NCBI GenBank assembly: GCA_028284145.1
Contig: JANQSH010000050.1
Location: 24,112 to 88,111 of the forward strand
Direction: 5' to 3'
Origin: Planctomycetaceae bacterium
Lineage (GTDB): Bacteria > Planctomycetota > Planctomycetia > Planctomycetales > Planctomycetaceae
Length of the DNA stretch: 64,000 bases
Position numbers and translations under genes: made by a program. How positions within the stretch are numbered: position 1 is the stretch's first letter; every line of letters begins with the position of its first letter. Of this stretch, positions 1 through 16,662 are shown in pieces. Below the pieces are notes generated by a model that was not told where the DNA came from, did not search any database, and worked only from the letters and a program-made list of their open reading frames with translations.

Positions 1-787
1 CATGCACGGTCGCCTTGCGAATCAGTGGATACAGTTTTTCGGCAGGAATCGGTTCATCTGCCAGATAGGCGGCCATCAGGTCGTCATCGAGTTCAACCAC
101 CTTATCCATCAACCTGGCTCGCCACTCTTCTGCGACCAGGCGATGTTCTCCGTCGATTTCTGAGCTGGTGATCGTCGCGCCTTGATCGTCTCTGCCCCAG
201 GTGAGCGTTTTCATTTGCACCAGGTCGATGATGGCGCGGAACGCATTAGGGTCAGGAGGCGAGCCGGAACCAATGGGGATCTGCAGCGCGACCGGAGAAC
301 CCTTCAACCGATCGATGATCTGATCGAACGTTCGCTCGAAATCGGCACCAATACGGTCCATCTTATTGATGAAACAGATGCGCGGCACCTGATATCGGTC
401 TGCCTGCCGCCAGACGGTTTCGCTCTGGGCTTCGACCCCTTCCACGGCGCTGAAGACAACAACACCACCATCGAGGACACGCAGGGAGCGCTCGACTTCC
501 GCCGTGAAATCGACATGCCCGGGGGTGTCGATAATGTTGATCGCGTGGCCATCCCACTCACAGGAAATTGCGGCGGAGTAGATCGTGATCCCGCGCTGTG
601 CCTCCTCTTCATCAAAGTCCGTCACCGTCGTCCCATCGTCGACGTTCCCCATGCGATGCGAGGCACCAGCGTAATACAGGATGCGTTCGGTCGTCGTCGT
701 TTTTCCTGCGTCGATGTGCGCGATGATCCCGATATTGCGGATGGCGTCGATGTTGGACACGGCGGAACCATTCAATACCAGGGACAT
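1..787 (-). CDS. fusA: Elongation factor G, N-terminal part (gene runs off the left window edge)
   Basis: Manual translation of the minus strand from ATG at 787 gives MSLVLNGSAVSNIDAIRNIGIIAHIDAGKTTTTERILYY...INIIDTPGHVDFTAEVERSLRVLDG. GTPase G1 (AHIDAGKT) and G3 (DTPGH) motifs are present. The frame is open to position 1, so it is absent from the ORF track. It lies downstream of rpsL-rpsG as in the str operon. Confidence 0.95.
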   Translation of the reverse strand, partial: MSLVLNGSAVSNIDAIRNIGIIAHIDAGKTTTTERILYYAGASHRMGNVDDGTTVTDFDEEEAQRGITIYSAAISCEWDGHAINIIDTPGHVDFTAEVERSLRVLDGGVVVFSAVEGVEAQSETVWRQADRYQVPRICFINKMDRIGADFERTFDQIIDRLKGSPVALQIPIGSGSPPDPNAFRAIIDLVQMKTLTWGRDDQGATITSSEIDGEHRLVAEEWRARLMDKVVELDDDLMAAYLADEPIPAEKLYPLIRKATVH

Positions 788-867
788 ATGAAGAGAGAAA
801 CCGGCATGCTGTAAACAGACGAAGCCCGGCATCCTGAGAAGCCGGGCCTGTCGTTTTCTGTTTCAAC

Positions 868-1341
868 TCAATACGCGAAGTGGGCAAATGCCTTGTTAGC
901 ATCGGCCATACGATGCACGTTTTCACGTGTGGTCATCGAAGTCCCTTCACGGCGGTAGGCATTCTGCAACTCTTCGGCAAGACGTACATGTATAGGCCGC
1001 CCCTTCTTGCCACGAATCGCCGCCAGAATCCAGCGAATGGCCAGCGTCTGCTGACGCTTGGGATTGACGGGCGTTGGCACCTGATAGGTCGCACCACCGA
1101 CTCGCTTGGAACGAACTTCAATGTTCGGCTTGACGTTCTCGACCGCCTGCGTGAAGACCTCAATCGGCTCAACATCGGAGATCTTCTCACCCAGGATATC
1201 GAGTGCGTCATAAAAGACGCTGCGCGCAACGCTTTTCTTGCCATCGTACATCAGACAGTTGATAAACTTCGATGCCAGTTTCGATCCGTAACGAGGATCG
1301 GGCTGGAGTTGTGTGGCACTTGCCGTAAATCGCCTGGGCAT
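868..1341 (-). CDS. rpsG: 30S ribosomal protein S7
   Basis: 157-aa [42 protein letters not shown]...KAFAHFAY, a typical S7 sequence and length. ATG at 1341. Confidence 0.97.
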   Translation of the reverse strand: MPRRFTASATQLQPDPRYGSKLASKFINCLMYDGKKSVARSVFYDALDILGEKISDVEPIEVFTQAVENVKPNIEVRSKRVGGATYQVPTPVNPKRQQTLAIRWILAAIRGKKGRPIHVRLAEELQNAYRREGTSMTTRENVHRMADANKAFAHFAY

Positions 1342-1433
1342 TTATCCCACCTGATAAAAGTTTCCGCCAATCGATTTCGGTATTCGCAACCGCTCCGAAA
1401 TCGGAAGTGTGATTGTCTTGTTTGAAGGCCAAA

Positions 1434-1805
1434 CTATTTGGGTCGCTTGTTTCCATAGCGGCTGCGGGCCTGCCGACGATCAGCTACGCCGAGCGTATCC
1501 AGCACACCGCGAATGATTTTGTATCGGACACCGGGAAGGTCACGAACACGACCGCCACGCACGAGGACAATCGAGTGTTCCTGAAGGTTATGGCCTTCAC
1601 CGGGAATGTAAGCGGTCACCTCCTTACCATTGGAGAGCCGCACACGAGCGACCTTCCGCAACGCGGAGTTCGGTTTTTTGGGCGTGACCGTCTTCACCTG
1701 CAGGCAGACGCCTCGTTTCTGCGGGCAACTTTCCAGCAGTGGCGTCTTGCTCTTCGAGGTTTGTTTCTTGCGTGGCTTGCGAACCAGTTGGTTGATTGTG
1801 GGCAT
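1434..1805 (-). CDS. rpsL: 30S ribosomal protein S12
   Basis: 123-aa [17 protein letters not shown]...[52 protein letters not shown], a canonical S12. Confidence 0.97.
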   Translation of the reverse strand: MPTINQLVRKPRKKQTSKSKTPLLESCPQKRGVCLQVKTVTPKKPNSALRKVARVRLSNGKEVTAYIPGEGHNLQEHSIVLVRGGRVRDLPGVRYKIIRGVLDTLGVADRRQARSRYGNKRPK

Positions 1806-2027
1806 GGAGAATGCTCAAACAGGATCTTCGTAAAAACTCGATGTGACAAAATATCGGGGCGAATTATTGCCGCAGTACTCATACAGAGGCGACAGGCCAC
1901 CCTGTTTTCAACCGGCAGAAAGCACCTTACCTCCACCGGTATAATTAGTTATGTCATCCCCACAAGTCTCGGCAAACGAAGCCTGCAGAGAAGGAACATT
2001 GCAATGTATCGGCTTGGATACTGAGCG

Positions 2028-5000
2028 TCAACCTTGCAGGTCAGAACTCATGTCCCCCATTTGTGATTCAAACGAAGATGTATCCATACCGGATGGTTCG
2101 GAACCTGGTTCCTCTCGGGTCACCGCATCCAATGGCCCAGGTTCCGGAGCGGATTCAGTCGCGACAGGTGTTGGAGCCTGTGTTGCGACTGGATGCTCGA
2201 TGTTCTCGCTCAACATATCGAGCCGAGCTGCCAGAATCCGTTCTTTTTCGGCTTGCAATTCCATCAATGCCTCGGGGCGAATGCGAACTTCCGCTTCCTG
2301 ATGCGTGTGGAAACCGGTACCAGCCGGAACCAGGTGGCCAAGGATGACGTTTTCCTTCAAACCGACGAGTCGATCGATCTTGCCTGCCAAAGCCGCCTCG
2401 GTCAGAACCTTGGTCGTTTCCTGGAAACTGGCTGCGGAAATGAAGCTCTCACTCTGCACCGCCGCCTTGGTGATGCCCAGCAATTGCGTGCTGCCGGTCG
2501 CCGGGCGTGGCCTGGTCGTTTGCGCGGGCGACTGACCGTCAGCTTCGACTTCAGCATTGACTTCATCCACCAGAGAGGCTTTGACAACTGCACCTTCCGG
2601 GAATTCGGTGTCTCCCGGGTCGGTGATCTTCACGCTGCTCTGAAGGTCATCGTTGATCTTTTTGAACTCGAACTTGTCGATCACAACGCCCGGCAGCATA
2701 TCGGTATCACCCACGTCATCGACGCGCAACTTGCGCAACATCTGAGCGATGACGATCTCGATATGCTTATCGTCAATCTCCACTCGTTGCGAACGATACA
2801 CATTCTGGATTTCGTGCAGCAGATACTGTTGCACGGCTTCGGCACCGGAAACCCGCAGAATGTCGTGCGGAACCAGTGGCCCGCGAATCAGCGCGTCACC
2901 GGCACGTACCAGGTCACTGGCGTGGACGAGCAATCCTTTGCCGTGCGGAATGACGTGTTCCACTTCCGATTTGTCCTCGCCGATGATCTTGATGATCCGT
3001 TTGCCACGTTTCTTTTCTGCAACCAGTTCGATTTCGCCATCAATTTCGGCGATGACGGCCGGGTCTTTGGGGCGCCGGGCTTCAAACAGTTCGGTCACAC
3101 GCGGCAGACCACCAGTGATGTCCTGCGTACCGGTCGATTCACGCGGGTTCTTCGCCAGAATCTGACCAGCCGTAATCTGCTTCGACTCTTCGACGATGAT
3201 TTCCGCCCGCTCAGGCAGGTAGTAGAAATCGAGGATTTTGCCCGTCTCATCTTCCAGAATGATCTGTGGATGCAAATCACCCTTGTGCTCAATGATTGTG
3301 CGGCGAACGTGGCCTGAAGCATCTTTCTCCGATCGCATCGATTTGCCTTCGATGCAGTCTTCGTAACGCACGCGACCACCTACCTCCGCCAGAATCGGCA
3401 CAGAGTGCGGGTCCCACTGACAAAGTACCTGACCCGTTTCAACTTCGTCATCTTCCTTGACCAGCAGTGTTGCACCATTGGGGATGGTGAATCGTTCCAG
3501 TTCGCGCTCTTTCGGGTCGAGAATGATCAATTCGCCGTTTCGCGTCAGCACAACACTTTGGCCTTCACTGTTGACCACGCTGCGAACACGGGCGTACCGA
3601 ACCTTACCGGCACGTTTGGCCTTGAGGTCTTTTTCTTCCACATCGATGTGAGCCGTACCACCAATGTGAAACGTTCTCATCGTCAACTGCGTACCCGGCT
3701 CACCAATACTTTGCGCGGCGATAATTCCGACGGCCAGACCTTCTTCCACCAGCGAACCGGAGGAGAGATCCATACCGTAACAGAGCCGACACATGCCGAG
3801 CGTCGCTTCGCACGTCATCGGGCTGCGGACCTGGATTTTCTCCAGCCCCATTGATTCGATCTTGCGGGCGATTTCCACGGTGATCAACTCGTCTTCACGC
3901 ACGATCACTTCGTCGGTCACCGGGTTGACGATATTTGTACGACTGACACGGCCACGAATGGCGTCCGCCAGCGAGACTTCGACCTTCTCACCCCGATAGA
4001 CAACCCCGCGCGTAATCCCCTGCGTGGTGCCACAGTCATGCATATTGATGACCATGTTCTGGCAGATATCAGCCAGTTTACGGGTGAGGTAACCACTGTC
4101 GGCCGTTTTGAGAGCGGTGTCAGCCAGACCTTTCCGGGCACCGTGCGTCGATGAGAAGTATTCGAGAACCGTCAGGCCTTCACGGAAGTTCGCCTTAATT
4201 GGCGTTTCGATAATTTCACCGCTTGGCTTCGCCATCAGACCACGCATCCCGGCGAGCTGACGAATCTGCTCGACACCACCACGAGCACCTGAGTGAGCCA
4301 TCAGATAAATCGGATTCACATAGTTGATGTCTTCTCGAATATCATGTTCGAGTTCGTGCATCATTGACTTGGTGATCAACTCGCGGGCATGCGTCCAGGT
4401 ATCGAGCACCTGAGCGTAACGCTCCTGATCGGTGATGATCCCGCGATCGTACAGTTTCTGCTTCTTAAGAACTTCTGCCTCCGCCTTGTGGATTTCATCA
4501 TCCTTGTTGGGGGCGGTCCGCAGGTCGCTGGTGGCAAAGGAAAGGCCACTCCTGGTCGAGGATTTGAAGCCGAGTTCCTTCATGCTGTCCAGCAGATCAA
4601 TCGTCGCCCGACGTCCCAACTCCAGATAGCAGTCCGAGATTACGTTGGCGAGGTCTTTGCTTTTCATTGTGATGTTATAGAACGACATCTGGTTGTGCAG
4701 GCTGTCGTTGAAGAAGACACGGCCCGCTGTGGTCTCGACCAGACCGCCAGGTTTGTAGTCTTCGGCGCCTTCGCCCTTGATCGACTTGTCCTTTGGCATG
4801 CGGACTTTGATGATAGCGTGCCGATGCACCTTCCCCTGCGAAAAGGCCATGTGCACTTCCGCCGGCGAGGAGAAGACCATCCCCTCTCCAGGCAAATCGG
4901 GCCGTTTCAGCGTAAGGTAATAACAGCCCATCACAATATCCTGTGAGGCACTGATGATCGGCGCACCGTTGGCCGGGCTGAAAATGTTGTTCGTCGACAT

Positions 5001-6446
5001 CATCAGCGTGGTCGCTTCCACTTGAGCTTCAATCGAGAGCGGCAGATGGACGGCCATCTGGTCACCGTCGAAGTCCGCATTAAAGCCCTTGCAGACCAGT
5101 GGGTGAATCTTGATCGCGTTCCCCTCAATCAACGTCGGCTCAAATGCCTGAATCCCCATCCGGTGCAGTGTCGGAGCACGGTTGAGCAACACCGGGTGAT
5201 GTGTGATCACTTCATCGAGAATGTCCCACACATCATCGTCGCGCCGTTCCAGCATTCGCTTGGCGCTTTTGATTGTATCGGCATGGCCCAATTCTTTGAG
5301 GCGGCGAATGACAAATGGCTGGAACAGTTCCAGCGCGATTTTCTTCGGCAGACCACACTGATGCAGATGCAACTCCGGGCCAACGACAATCACCGAACGT
5401 GCCGAATAATCGACACGTTTTCCGAGCAGGTTTTCGCGAAAACGCCCCTGCTTCCCTTTGATCATGTCGGTCAGTGATTTTAATGGTCGGTTGGAGGAAC
5501 CCAGCACTGGGCGTTTACAGCGGTTGTTGTCGAACAACGCATCGACCGATTGCTGCAACATCCGTTTTTCGTTACGGACAATCACTTCCGGAGCGTTCAA
5601 GTCGACCAGTTTTTTCAGTCGGTTGTTCCGGTTGATGATTCGCCGGTAAAGGTCGTTCAAGTCGGACGTTGCGAAATTGCCCGAATCGAGCAGCACCAGT
5701 GGACGCAGATCGGGCGGAATGACGGGAATGACATCCAGCACCATCCACTCCGGTTTGTTGTCGCTGTCCCGCAACGCCTCGATAATTTTCAGCCGCTTGA
5801 TCAATTCCTTCATTTTTTGCTGGCTGCCGGTCTCAGCCAGTTCAACCCGCAATTGCTTCGAGAGGTTGACCAGATCGAGACGCCCCAGTAACTTCTTGAC
5901 CGCCTCGGCACCCATGTCGACTTCAAACGAATCCGGGCCATATTTGGCGAACGCCTGACGCGCTTCCTCTTCGGTCAACAACTGACACTGCCGCAATGGT
6001 GTGTCACCTGGATCGATCACGACGTAATCCTGGAAGTAGATCACTTTTTCCAGTGACGTCGTCTTCATGTTGAGCAGCGCACCCAGGCGGCTTGGCATTG
6101 ATTTGAAGAACCAGATATGCACCACCGGTGCGGCCAGTTCAATATGCCCCATACGCTTACGGCGAACGCGGGAATGCGTCACCTTCACGCCGCAGCGATC
6201 GCAAATCATTCCCTTGTACTTCATCCCGCGGTATTTTCCGCAGGCGCATTCCCAGTCTTTTTCCGGTCCGAAGATTCGTTCACAGAACAGGCCGTCCCGT
6301 TCCGGTCGGTAGGTTCGGTAGTTAATCGTTTCAGGTTTTTTGACTTCCCCAAATGACCAGCTGCGAATGTCGTGCGGGCTGGCCAGGCCAATTTTGACCG
6401 AGCCGTAATCGTTAATCCGGTCGTATGTGTTTTCAGCAACGCTCAC
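2028..6446 (-). CDS. rpoC: DNA-directed RNA polymerase subunit beta-prime
   Basis: The ORF 2028..6515 contains [30 protein letters not shown] (zinc-binding region) and [12 protein letters not shown] (catalytic Mg motif). The preferred start is the GTG at 6446, preceded by GAGGAG (plus strand ctcctc, 6453-6458) with a 6-nt spacer, giving [24 protein letters not shown]. The alternative start is the GTG at 6515. Confidence 0.93.
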   Translation of the reverse strand: MSVAENTYDRINDYGSVKIGLASPHDIRSWSFGEVKKPETINYRTYRPERDGLFCERIFGPEKDWECACGKYRGMKYKGMICDRCGVKVTHSRVRRKRMGHIELAAPVVHIWFFKSMPSRLGALLNMKTTSLEKVIYFQDYVVIDPGDTPLRQCQLLTEEEARQAFAKYGPDSFEVDMGAEAVKKLLGRLDLVNLSKQLRVELAETGSQQKMKELIKRLKIIEALRDSDNKPEWMVLDVIPVIPPDLRPLVLLDSGNFATSDLNDLYRRIINRNNRLKKLVDLNAPEVIVRNEKRMLQQSVDALFDNNRCKRPVLGSSNRPLKSLTDMIKGKQGRFRENLLGKRVDYSARSVIVVGPELHLHQCGLPKKIALELFQPFVIRRLKELGHADTIKSAKRMLERRDDDVWDILDEVITHHPVLLNRAPTLHRMGIQAFEPTLIEGNAIKIHPLVCKGFNADFDGDQMAVHLPLSIEAQVEATTLMMSTNNIFSPANGAPIISASQDIVMGCYYLTLKRPDLPGEGMVFSSPAEVHMAFSQGKVHRHAIIKVRMPKDKSIKGEGAEDYKPGGLVETTAGRVFFNDSLHNQMSFYNITMKSKDLANVISDCYLELGRRATIDLLDSMKELGFKSSTRSGLSFATSDLRTAPNKDDEIHKAEAEVLKKQKLYDRGIITDQERYAQVLDTWTHARELITKSMMHELEHDIREDINYVNPIYLMAHSGARGGVEQIRQLAGMRGLMAKPSGEIIETPIKANFREGLTVLEYFSSTHGARKGLADTALKTADSGYLTRKLADICQNMVINMHDCGTTQGITRGVVYRGEKVEVSLADAIRGRVSRTNIVNPVTDEVIVREDELITVEIARKIESMGLEKIQVRSPMTCEATLGMCRLCYGMDLSSGSLVEEGLAVGIIAAQSIGEPGTQLTMRTFHIGGTAHIDVEEKDLKAKRAGKVRYARVRSVVNSEGQSVVLTRNGELIILDPKERELERFTIPNGATLLVKEDDEVETGQVLCQWDPHSVPILAEVGGRVRYEDCIEGKSMRSEKDASGHVRRTIIEHKGDLHPQIILEDETGKILDFYYLPERAEIIVEESKQITAGQILAKNPRESTGTQDITGGLPRVTELFEARRPKDPAVIAEIDGEIELVAEKKRGKRIIKIIGEDKSEVEHVIPHGKGLLVHASDLVRAGDALIRGPLVPHDILRVSGAEAVQQYLLHEIQNVYRSQRVEIDDKHIEIVIAQMLRKLRVDDVGDTDMLPGVVIDKFEFKKINDDLQSSVKITDPGDTEFPEGAVVKASLVDEVNAEVEADGQSPAQTTRPRPATGSTQLLGITKAAVQSESFISAASFQETTKVLTEAALAGKIDRLVGLKENVILGHLVPAGTGFHTHQEAEVRIRPEALMELQAEKERILAARLDMLSENIEHPVATQAPTPVATESAPEPGPLDAVTREEPGSEPSGMDTSSFESQMGDMSSDLQG

Positions 6447-6548
6447 ATCAGGCTCCTCGAAAAAAGTTACGATTGCCTTATGATCAATGACAACTGACCC
6501 AGGCGGAGGTGTCACGCCAAACTCAATTCAGTTCAACGTCGGTCAGTG

Positions 6549-10265
<3,717 letters not shown>

Positions 10266-10908
10266 TCGTTGGTCTCTCAAATAAGAACCAGAGGTCGGGG
10301 TTCAGCCACAGCCTGCGGCTCGGTCAGGTCATCTCGGTCCGGACACAGTCCTGGTCCTGGCTTTGAACGCTGTGGAACCATCGTCAACGAAAGATGAAGA
10401 AAGGAAATGGCGGAATCGGTTTGCCTCAGACCTGTGACGTGGAAACCCAATGCCCCACTTCCTGCACTCGGATTTGCCCGGTCCCCTTCCATGTTTGAAT
10501 GGAAGTCGAAACCAGGAACATGAATTCTCGACTGATTCTGTCCATCAGGCGGACTTAATGTGCAGCGGGAGGGAAATCCCCCTGTACGCACAATGATCCC
10601 GCAACTGCATCGCGATGGAGAAAAACCCGGAAGTACGGATTTATACCAATCGCAATGAGCTGAGGACAAGCCTGTCGAAAATCCCGCGGTTCTCGCCGTC
10701 AAAACCGTTGCTCGAAACGTTGGGTACTGCGGCAAAATGAACACCGCAGCACAAAACAAGCCTTCGTGACAATCGCCTGCCGCGACATCATGTGACGATG
10801 ACAGCCATCGACACGCTCGATCACGACCAGTTCTTCATCGAAGCCGCACGCGAACAAACCAGGCCCACATGACATGAGCGGATCATGCCGCGAACGGCTG
10901 TACCGGCA

Positions 10909-11328
10909 TTACTTGATTTCGCAAGTGCCACCAGCCCCTTCGACTTCTTCCTTGAGCTTCTCGGCGTCTTCTTTCGAGACTCCTTCTTTGAGCGGCTTGG
11001 GAGCGCCTTCGACCAGTTCCTTGGCTTCCTTGAGACCCAGCCCGGTTGCACCACGCACAACTTTGATGACCGGAATTTTGTTGTCGCCAAACCCGGTGAG
11101 GATAACGTCAAATTCAGTTTGCTCAGCAGCAGCCTCGCCACCACCATCGCCAGCGGCCGGACCCGCCACCATCACGGCGCCACCGGAAGCCGGCTCGATA
11201 CCGTGCACATCTTTGAGATAGTCGGCAACACTCCTGGCCTGAAGCAGGGTTAACCCGACGATCTGATCGCCGAGCGCCTTGGTCGCATCATCATATTCAA
11301 CAACTGTTTCGGTTGCTTCTTCAGACAT
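10909..11328 (-). CDS. rplL: 50S ribosomal protein L7/L12
   Basis: The internal ATG at 11328 gives [45 protein letters not shown], then an Ala/Gly hinge, then [51 protein letters not shown]. The 38 codons upstream in the tracked ORF do not resemble L12. Confidence 0.94.
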   Translation of the reverse strand: MSEEATETVVEYDDATKALGDQIVGLTLLQARSVADYLKDVHGIEPASGGAVMVAGPAAGDGGGEAAAEQTEFDVILTGFGDNKIPVIKVVRGATGLGLKEAKELVEGAPKPLKEGVSKEDAEKLKEEVEGAGGTCEIK

Positions 11329-11551
11329 GGTCTTCTGTCCCTTTCTCAATTCCTCGGGCTGCCTGGCGTCAGCCTCGGTTGAACCATCCTCAAAGGAGCC
11401 TGTTTCTCTTGAGGTTGAATGTGTGTTACGATTCGTCGGCATCTACTCGATACGGAAGGATTTCTCCGCCTTCACGATGCCAACTACCGTCTGATTTCCA
11501 AATTGTCCTGCTGTCTGTTCTGCCGGATTGTCTATTTTTGTCGGAGTTGTG

Positions 11552-12076
11552 TTATTCGTCTTCGTCGCTACCGCCGATCTTGTCGATCTGACCAACGAGC
11601 GTTCCTCCCGGCCCCAACATGGCACCGGCAAGATTTGCACCCGGACTGAGCATCAGACCGACGATCTGACCGATCAACTCTTCACGGCTCGGACTCTTGC
11701 TCAAAGCATCGATACCGGCGGCATCGAGGGGAGTTCCTTCAACAGTGCCACCCTTAATCTCAAACTTCTCACCCAGTTCCTTCGCCCACTTCGTAATCTC
11801 CTTGGAGAGCGCGACGATATCTTCGCCACCCCATATCAGAGTGGAAGGTCCTTCGAGAATCTCATCTAATGCATCAACACCGACATCGTTGAGTGCGCGA
11901 CGAGCCAGCGTATTGCGAACGGCCAACACCGAGATCTCTTTTTCCTGCAGAGCCAGCCGCCACTGATTTGTTGTAATCGCATCCAGCTGTGAGGAATTGA
12001 CCACCAGCATTTCTTTGCAATTACCGATCTGCGACTTGATGTCTTCGATCTGCATGTTTTTGATACGCTTGCTCAT
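11552..12076 (-). CDS. rplJ: 50S ribosomal protein L10
   Basis: The internal ATG at 12076 gives MSKRIKNMQIEDIKSQIGNCKEMLVVNSSQLDAITTNQWRLALQEKEISVLAVRNTLARRAL, which is L10-like. It occupies the rplA-rplJ-rplL position. Confidence 0.9.
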   Translation of the reverse strand: MSKRIKNMQIEDIKSQIGNCKEMLVVNSSQLDAITTNQWRLALQEKEISVLAVRNTLARRALNDVGVDALDEILEGPSTLIWGGEDIVALSKEITKWAKELGEKFEIKGGTVEGTPLDAAGIDALSKSPSREELIGQIVGLMLSPGANLAGAMLGPGGTLVGQIDKIGGSDEDE

Positions 12077-12165
12077 GGCAACGAAACCCGAAAAAGATGA
12101 TTGAGTGTTTGATGGCGGCTCGACGTTTGATTGAATCTCTGCCTGCACACAAATTGACTGATGCT

Positions 12166-12873
12166 CTACGAAACGGCAACCGCAACGCCGGGACTCATGG
12201 TGGCTGAAAGAGTCACGCCTCGCATGTATGTCCCCTTGGCGGTCGTCGGCCGCAATGTTTTGATCAACTGAACCAGTGCCTCGCCATTTTCAAGCAGTTT
12301 TTCCGCTTCAAAAGACATCTTGCCAATCACGCAGTGGACATTCCCACCCGCATCAACCCGAAACTCGACTTTCCCTGCCTTGTATTCCTGCACCGTGTTC
12401 GCGACATCCTGCGTTACTGTCCCTGCCCGAGGTGAAGGCATTAAACCTCGCGGACCAAGAACGCGACCGAGCGGACCAACCACACCCATCATGTCGGGGG
12501 TAGCGATCGCCACGTCGAATTCAAGCCAACCACCGGACACCTTATCAGCCAGCTCCTTACCACCAGCGACGTCGGCCCCGGCGGATTCCGCCTCAGCCAG
12601 CTTTTCCCCCTGGGCGAAAACAATCACGCGTTGTGATTTGCCAATACCGTGAGGCAGCACGATCGAACCACGGACGATTTGATCAGCCTGCTTCGGATCG
12701 ACACCAAGGCGGAATGCCATTTCGACCGTTTGATCGAACTTGCAGGGTTTCACGCTGCTGGGCAAACCATCTTCAAGGCCCTTCAAGGTTTTTACGGCGG
12801 TTTCCAGATCCACCTCACCCAACTCGGCGACCTGCGATTGAAGGTGACTCTGTCTTTTCGAGTACTTCGACAT
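12166..12873 (-). CDS. rplA: 50S ribosomal protein L1
   Basis: 235-aa ORF with [34 protein letters not shown] and [31 protein letters not shown], a canonical L1. ATG at 12873. Confidence 0.96.
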   Translation of the reverse strand: MSKYSKRQSHLQSQVAELGEVDLETAVKTLKGLEDGLPSSVKPCKFDQTVEMAFRLGVDPKQADQIVRGSIVLPHGIGKSQRVIVFAQGEKLAEAESAGADVAGGKELADKVSGGWLEFDVAIATPDMMGVVGPLGRVLGPRGLMPSPRAGTVTQDVANTVQEYKAGKVEFRVDAGGNVHCVIGKMSFEAEKLLENGEALVQLIKTLRPTTAKGTYMRGVTLSATMSPGVAVAVS

Positions 12874-12970
12874 GACTGTTAACTCAAAACAAATGGTGCT
12901 GGCAATATATTATAATGCTGTGTAATCGTGATGGATGGTGCGCGAACGAAGCCTAAAACGAACGCCTGAA

Positions 12971-13396
12971 TCAATCGACCACTTCGATTCCCATGCTGCG
13001 GGCAGTACCGGCGATGATGCGAGCCGCATGATCGATATTGGACGCATTCAGGTCGTCGATTTTCGTCCTGGCGATTTCCTTCAACTGCTCCTGAGTGACG
13101 GAACCGACTTTTTCCGTTCGCGGGTTACCCGCCCCCTTGGCAATTTGTGCCGCCTGTTTCAGCAACACTGCAGCCGGCGGACTCTTAACGATGAAATCGA
13201 AAGATCGATCGTTGTAGACCGTGATCACTACCGGCACAACAGTGCCGGCCATGTCTTTGGTCTTGTCATTAAACTGCTGAACGAACTGGCCAATGTTCAC
13301 GCCGTGCGGACCCAATGCCGTACCAACGGGAGGGGCAGGCGTCGCCTGACCACCAACAACCTGAACCTTAATCTGTGCTACTTCCTGCTTCGCCAT
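12971..13396 (-). CDS. rplK: 50S ribosomal protein L11
   Basis: The internal ATG at 13396 gives [46 protein letters not shown], a canonical L11 N-terminus. The 30 upstream codons of the tracked ORF are not L11-like. Confidence 0.95.
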   Translation of the reverse strand: MAKQEVAQIKVQVVGGQATPAPPVGTALGPHGVNIGQFVQQFNDKTKDMAGTVVPVVITVYNDRSFDFIVKSPPAAVLLKQAAQIAKGAGNPRTEKVGSVTQEQLKEIARTKIDDLNASNIDHAARIIAGTARSMGIEVVD

Positions 13397-13532
13397 TTGT
13401 TCGCTACTTCTTTTATCGCTGAATGTCGCTGATACCGTGCGACTCAAATCAAACTCAATTTTCAGTGACCGTCCGACCCGCAGCATGCCCGCAAATCAGT
13501 ACGATCAACACTGCGGAGTGTTTTTCCGGGTG

Positions 13533-14171
13533 TCAAATTTTTTCGACCTGCCAGTATTCCAGTTCCGTTGGTGTTGACCTGCCAAAAATTTCCACCAGCG
13601 CGGTGATCTTGCCATGCTCGGGATCAATCGCTTCGATAACTCCCTCGAAACTCTCGAATGGCCCTTCGTTGATTTTCACCGTATCACCGACCATAAGGTC
13701 AATTTTGATTTTCGCACTCGACTCTTCCTTGGTCTCTTCACGACCAAGCATGCGGTCGATCTCATGTTGCTGCATTGGAATCGGCTTACCAGCCGAACCA
13801 GTGAAATCGCCCACACCGCCGGTTTCCCGTACCAGGTACCACGAATCATCGTTCAGAACCATCTGCACCATAATGTAACCGGGATACAGCTTCTGCTCGG
13901 TTGTCCGCTTTTTGCCTCCTTTGGTTTCCACAATTTTCTCGGTTGGAATGATGATCTCGCCAAAGAACTCTTCCAATCCTTCGCGTTTGATACCACGCAG
14001 AAGAGAATTGCGAATGGACTTTTCCCGGTTGCTCTGCACCTTCAGAACATACCACAGCATATCCGGATGTGATTCATCGCCCTCGCCGGCTTGACCCTCC
14101 TCCGCAGAGGCGGCTGCGCTCTCGACCGAATCGCTATCAGGTTGTCCAACGGATGTTGTCGGTTCGTCCAT
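13533..14171 (-). CDS. nusG: Transcription termination/antitermination factor NusG (with acidic N-terminal extension)
   Basis: 212-aa ORF. The NGN domain is [22 protein letters not shown]...YPGYIMVQM and the KOW domain is [51 protein letters not shown]. Confidence 0.93.
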   Translation of the reverse strand: MDEPTTSVGQPDSDSVESAAASAEEGQAGEGDESHPDMLWYVLKVQSNREKSIRNSLLRGIKREGLEEFFGEIIIPTEKIVETKGGKKRTTEQKLYPGYIMVQMVLNDDSWYLVRETGGVGDFTGSAGKPIPMQQHEIDRMLGREETKEESSAKIKIDLMVGDTVKINEGPFESFEGVIEAIDPEHGKITALVEIFGRSTPTELEYWQVEKI

Positions 14172-14568
14172 GGGAATTAGGCGGCCTGAATGCCGTCATC
14201 AAAATCCAAACGGAAGGAATTCAAACGGAAACGTATACTGCATTGCAAATTTTCAGTGGCAGCAACCAGATTCATCCCGCCAAATCGAAAGTCTGGAAGA
14301 ACGGCATCATGTCGCGACAAACCGATCGCAGAAAATCAATCACAAGGATATCAGCACGAAGACGAGCAGTTCCTGGCCGCAACCACCACTAACCAACAAG
14401 CTGAAATCAACCTGTAAGCCAAGCCCTCCAACATCACCTGATGCATCGTCAATACGGCAGGAAAGTGGCTGAGATTTCGTGTTCCGCGAACGTTTAAGAC
14501 GCTCTGAAGGTCACCGACAAACGGTTATCATGGCGTTTCGCCGCCACAATTTCAAGAACAACAGCCCT

Positions 14569-15006
14569 TTAAGGCGTATCAATTTGAAGAAATCCAATCA
14601 GCCGGAAGAACCACTGCCAGAAAATATCACACAGCAGCAGAAATACTGCCAGCAGCAGCATATTCACGATCACCACCACCGTCGCCCGATACAGCTCTTC
14701 CTTGCTGGACCAGGTTACCTTGTCCATTTCTGCCTCAACGGAAATCAGGAAGTCGGCGAAGCGGGAGTAGTTAAGCAGCCGAAAAATGAACCACACCCCG
14801 ATTGCAGCGATCAGCACTGGGATGCCGATCCGAATCGCTGGCTCGCCTTCCAGATTCTGCGACAGAACCCAGCAACCATAAAACAGGATGAGACCAAACC
14901 CGACCCCGGAAAGCTGCCGCGTCAGCCGGCCCTGATTTCGCTTGTACAGCGAAACCGACGCCATCTCACCCAGCAGCGAGGACTCTCGTTCTGATTTTGC
15001 CATCAT
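14569..15006 (-). CDS. secE: Preprotein translocase subunit SecE (three-TM form)
   Basis: 145-aa ORF with three hydrophobic segments. The C-terminal part FADFLISVEAEMDKVTWSSKEELYRATVVVIVNMLLLAVFLLLCD matches the conserved SecE amphipathic helix plus TM. It lies between tRNA-Trp and nusG. Confidence 0.82.
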   Translation of the reverse strand: MMAKSERESSLLGEMASVSLYKRNQGRLTRQLSGVGFGLILFYGCWVLSQNLEGEPAIRIGIPVLIAAIGVWFIFRLLNYSRFADFLISVEAEMDKVTWSSKEELYRATVVVIVNMLLLAVFLLLCDIFWQWFFRLIGFLQIDTP

Positions 15007-15073
15007 TGACCGTCAGTCTTACCAATGAACCAGTGCCGCGCCAGGCCAGCTACATCGCAGGTGGCGGCAAATG

Positions 15074-15146
15074 CACGGGCGGAGGGACTTGAACCCCCAA
15101 CCGCCGGATTTGGAATCCGGTGCTCTGCCAATTGAGCTACACCCGT
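15074..15146 (-). tRNA. tRNA-Trp (anticodon CCA)
   Basis: Hand-folded cloverleaf on the minus strand. Acceptor ACGGGTG/CGCCCGT, D arm GCTC..GAGC, anticodon stem CCGGA/TCCGG with loop TTCCAAA, T arm GGGGG-TTCAAGT-CCCTC. No encoded CCA. Confidence 0.9.
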
Positions 15147-15181
15147 ATGTGCACCGGAGGCAAGAATTCCCGCAAACCGGG

Positions 15182-15334
15182 CTACTTCTTGCGCGACTCC
15201 TTATGCACAGTATGCTTTCGCAGTTTCTTGCAATACTTCTTTAACTCAAGACGTTCCGTGCCGCGAGTCTCCTTGCTCACACGGTAGTTTCGCAAGCCCG
15301 TTTCGGTGCATTCCAACCAGACATACTCACGCAT
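15182..15334 (-). CDS. rpmG: 50S ribosomal protein L33
   Basis: The internal ATG at 15334 gives the 50-aa MREYVWLECTETGLRNYRVSKETRGTERLELKKYCKKLRKHTVHKESRKK. Sequence and length are L33-like. It occupies the classic tuf-rpmG-tRNA-Trp-secE position. Confidence 0.87.
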   Translation of the reverse strand: MREYVWLECTETGLRNYRVSKETRGTERLELKKYCKKLRKHTVHKESRKK

Positions 15335-15384
15335 GGCTTTACCCAAACCTTTACAAGCCAGAAACAAACGACACTGAAGTGTTC

Positions 15385-15442
15385 AAAAAAATTGAGCGGT
15401 GCGGGTTAATCGCGAATACTATTCGCACAGCCCACACCGTTC
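15385..15442 (-). terminator. Intrinsic terminator/attenuator-like hairpin between tuf and rpmG
   Basis: On the minus-strand RNA, GAACGGUGUGGG (15431-15442) pairs with CCCGCACCGCUC (15394-15405) with one mismatch and one wobble. It encloses an inner hairpin GCGAAUA-G-UAUUCGC and is followed by AAUUUUUUU (plus-strand A-run 15385-15391). Confidence 0.45.
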
Positions 15443-15465
15443 AACCCGACTTTTTTCAGAACTGC

Positions 15466-16662
<1,197 letters not shown>

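Noticed and set aside
182-814. 210-aa plus-strand ORF at the left edge
   Set aside because: It is antisense to the clearly identifiable fusA N-terminus (AHIDAGKT, DTPGH), so it is a shadow ORF.
10277-10759. 160-aa minus ORF in the rplL-rpoB spacer
   Set aside because: Its composition is Ser/Pro/Gly/Arg/Cys-rich and not protein-like, it has no SD, and it overlaps the rpoB start region. It is treated as non-coding leader (see finding).
11329-11442. N-terminal extensions of tracked ORFs for rplL (also rplJ 12077-12148, rplK 13397-13486, tuf 16663-16743, rpmG 15335-15367, mfd 44152-44292, PPIase 35653-35793)
   Set aside because: In each case an internal ATG gives the canonical conserved N-terminus or a signal peptide. 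The upstream codons have no similarity to the family and in some cases fall in repeats or UTR.
14172-14568. 31-aa hydrophobic minus-strand ORF (MHQVMLEGLAYRLISACWLVVVAARNCSSSC) in the secE-nusG spacer
   Set aside because: It has no SD and no support beyond being open. It is kept only as a note within the spacer finding.
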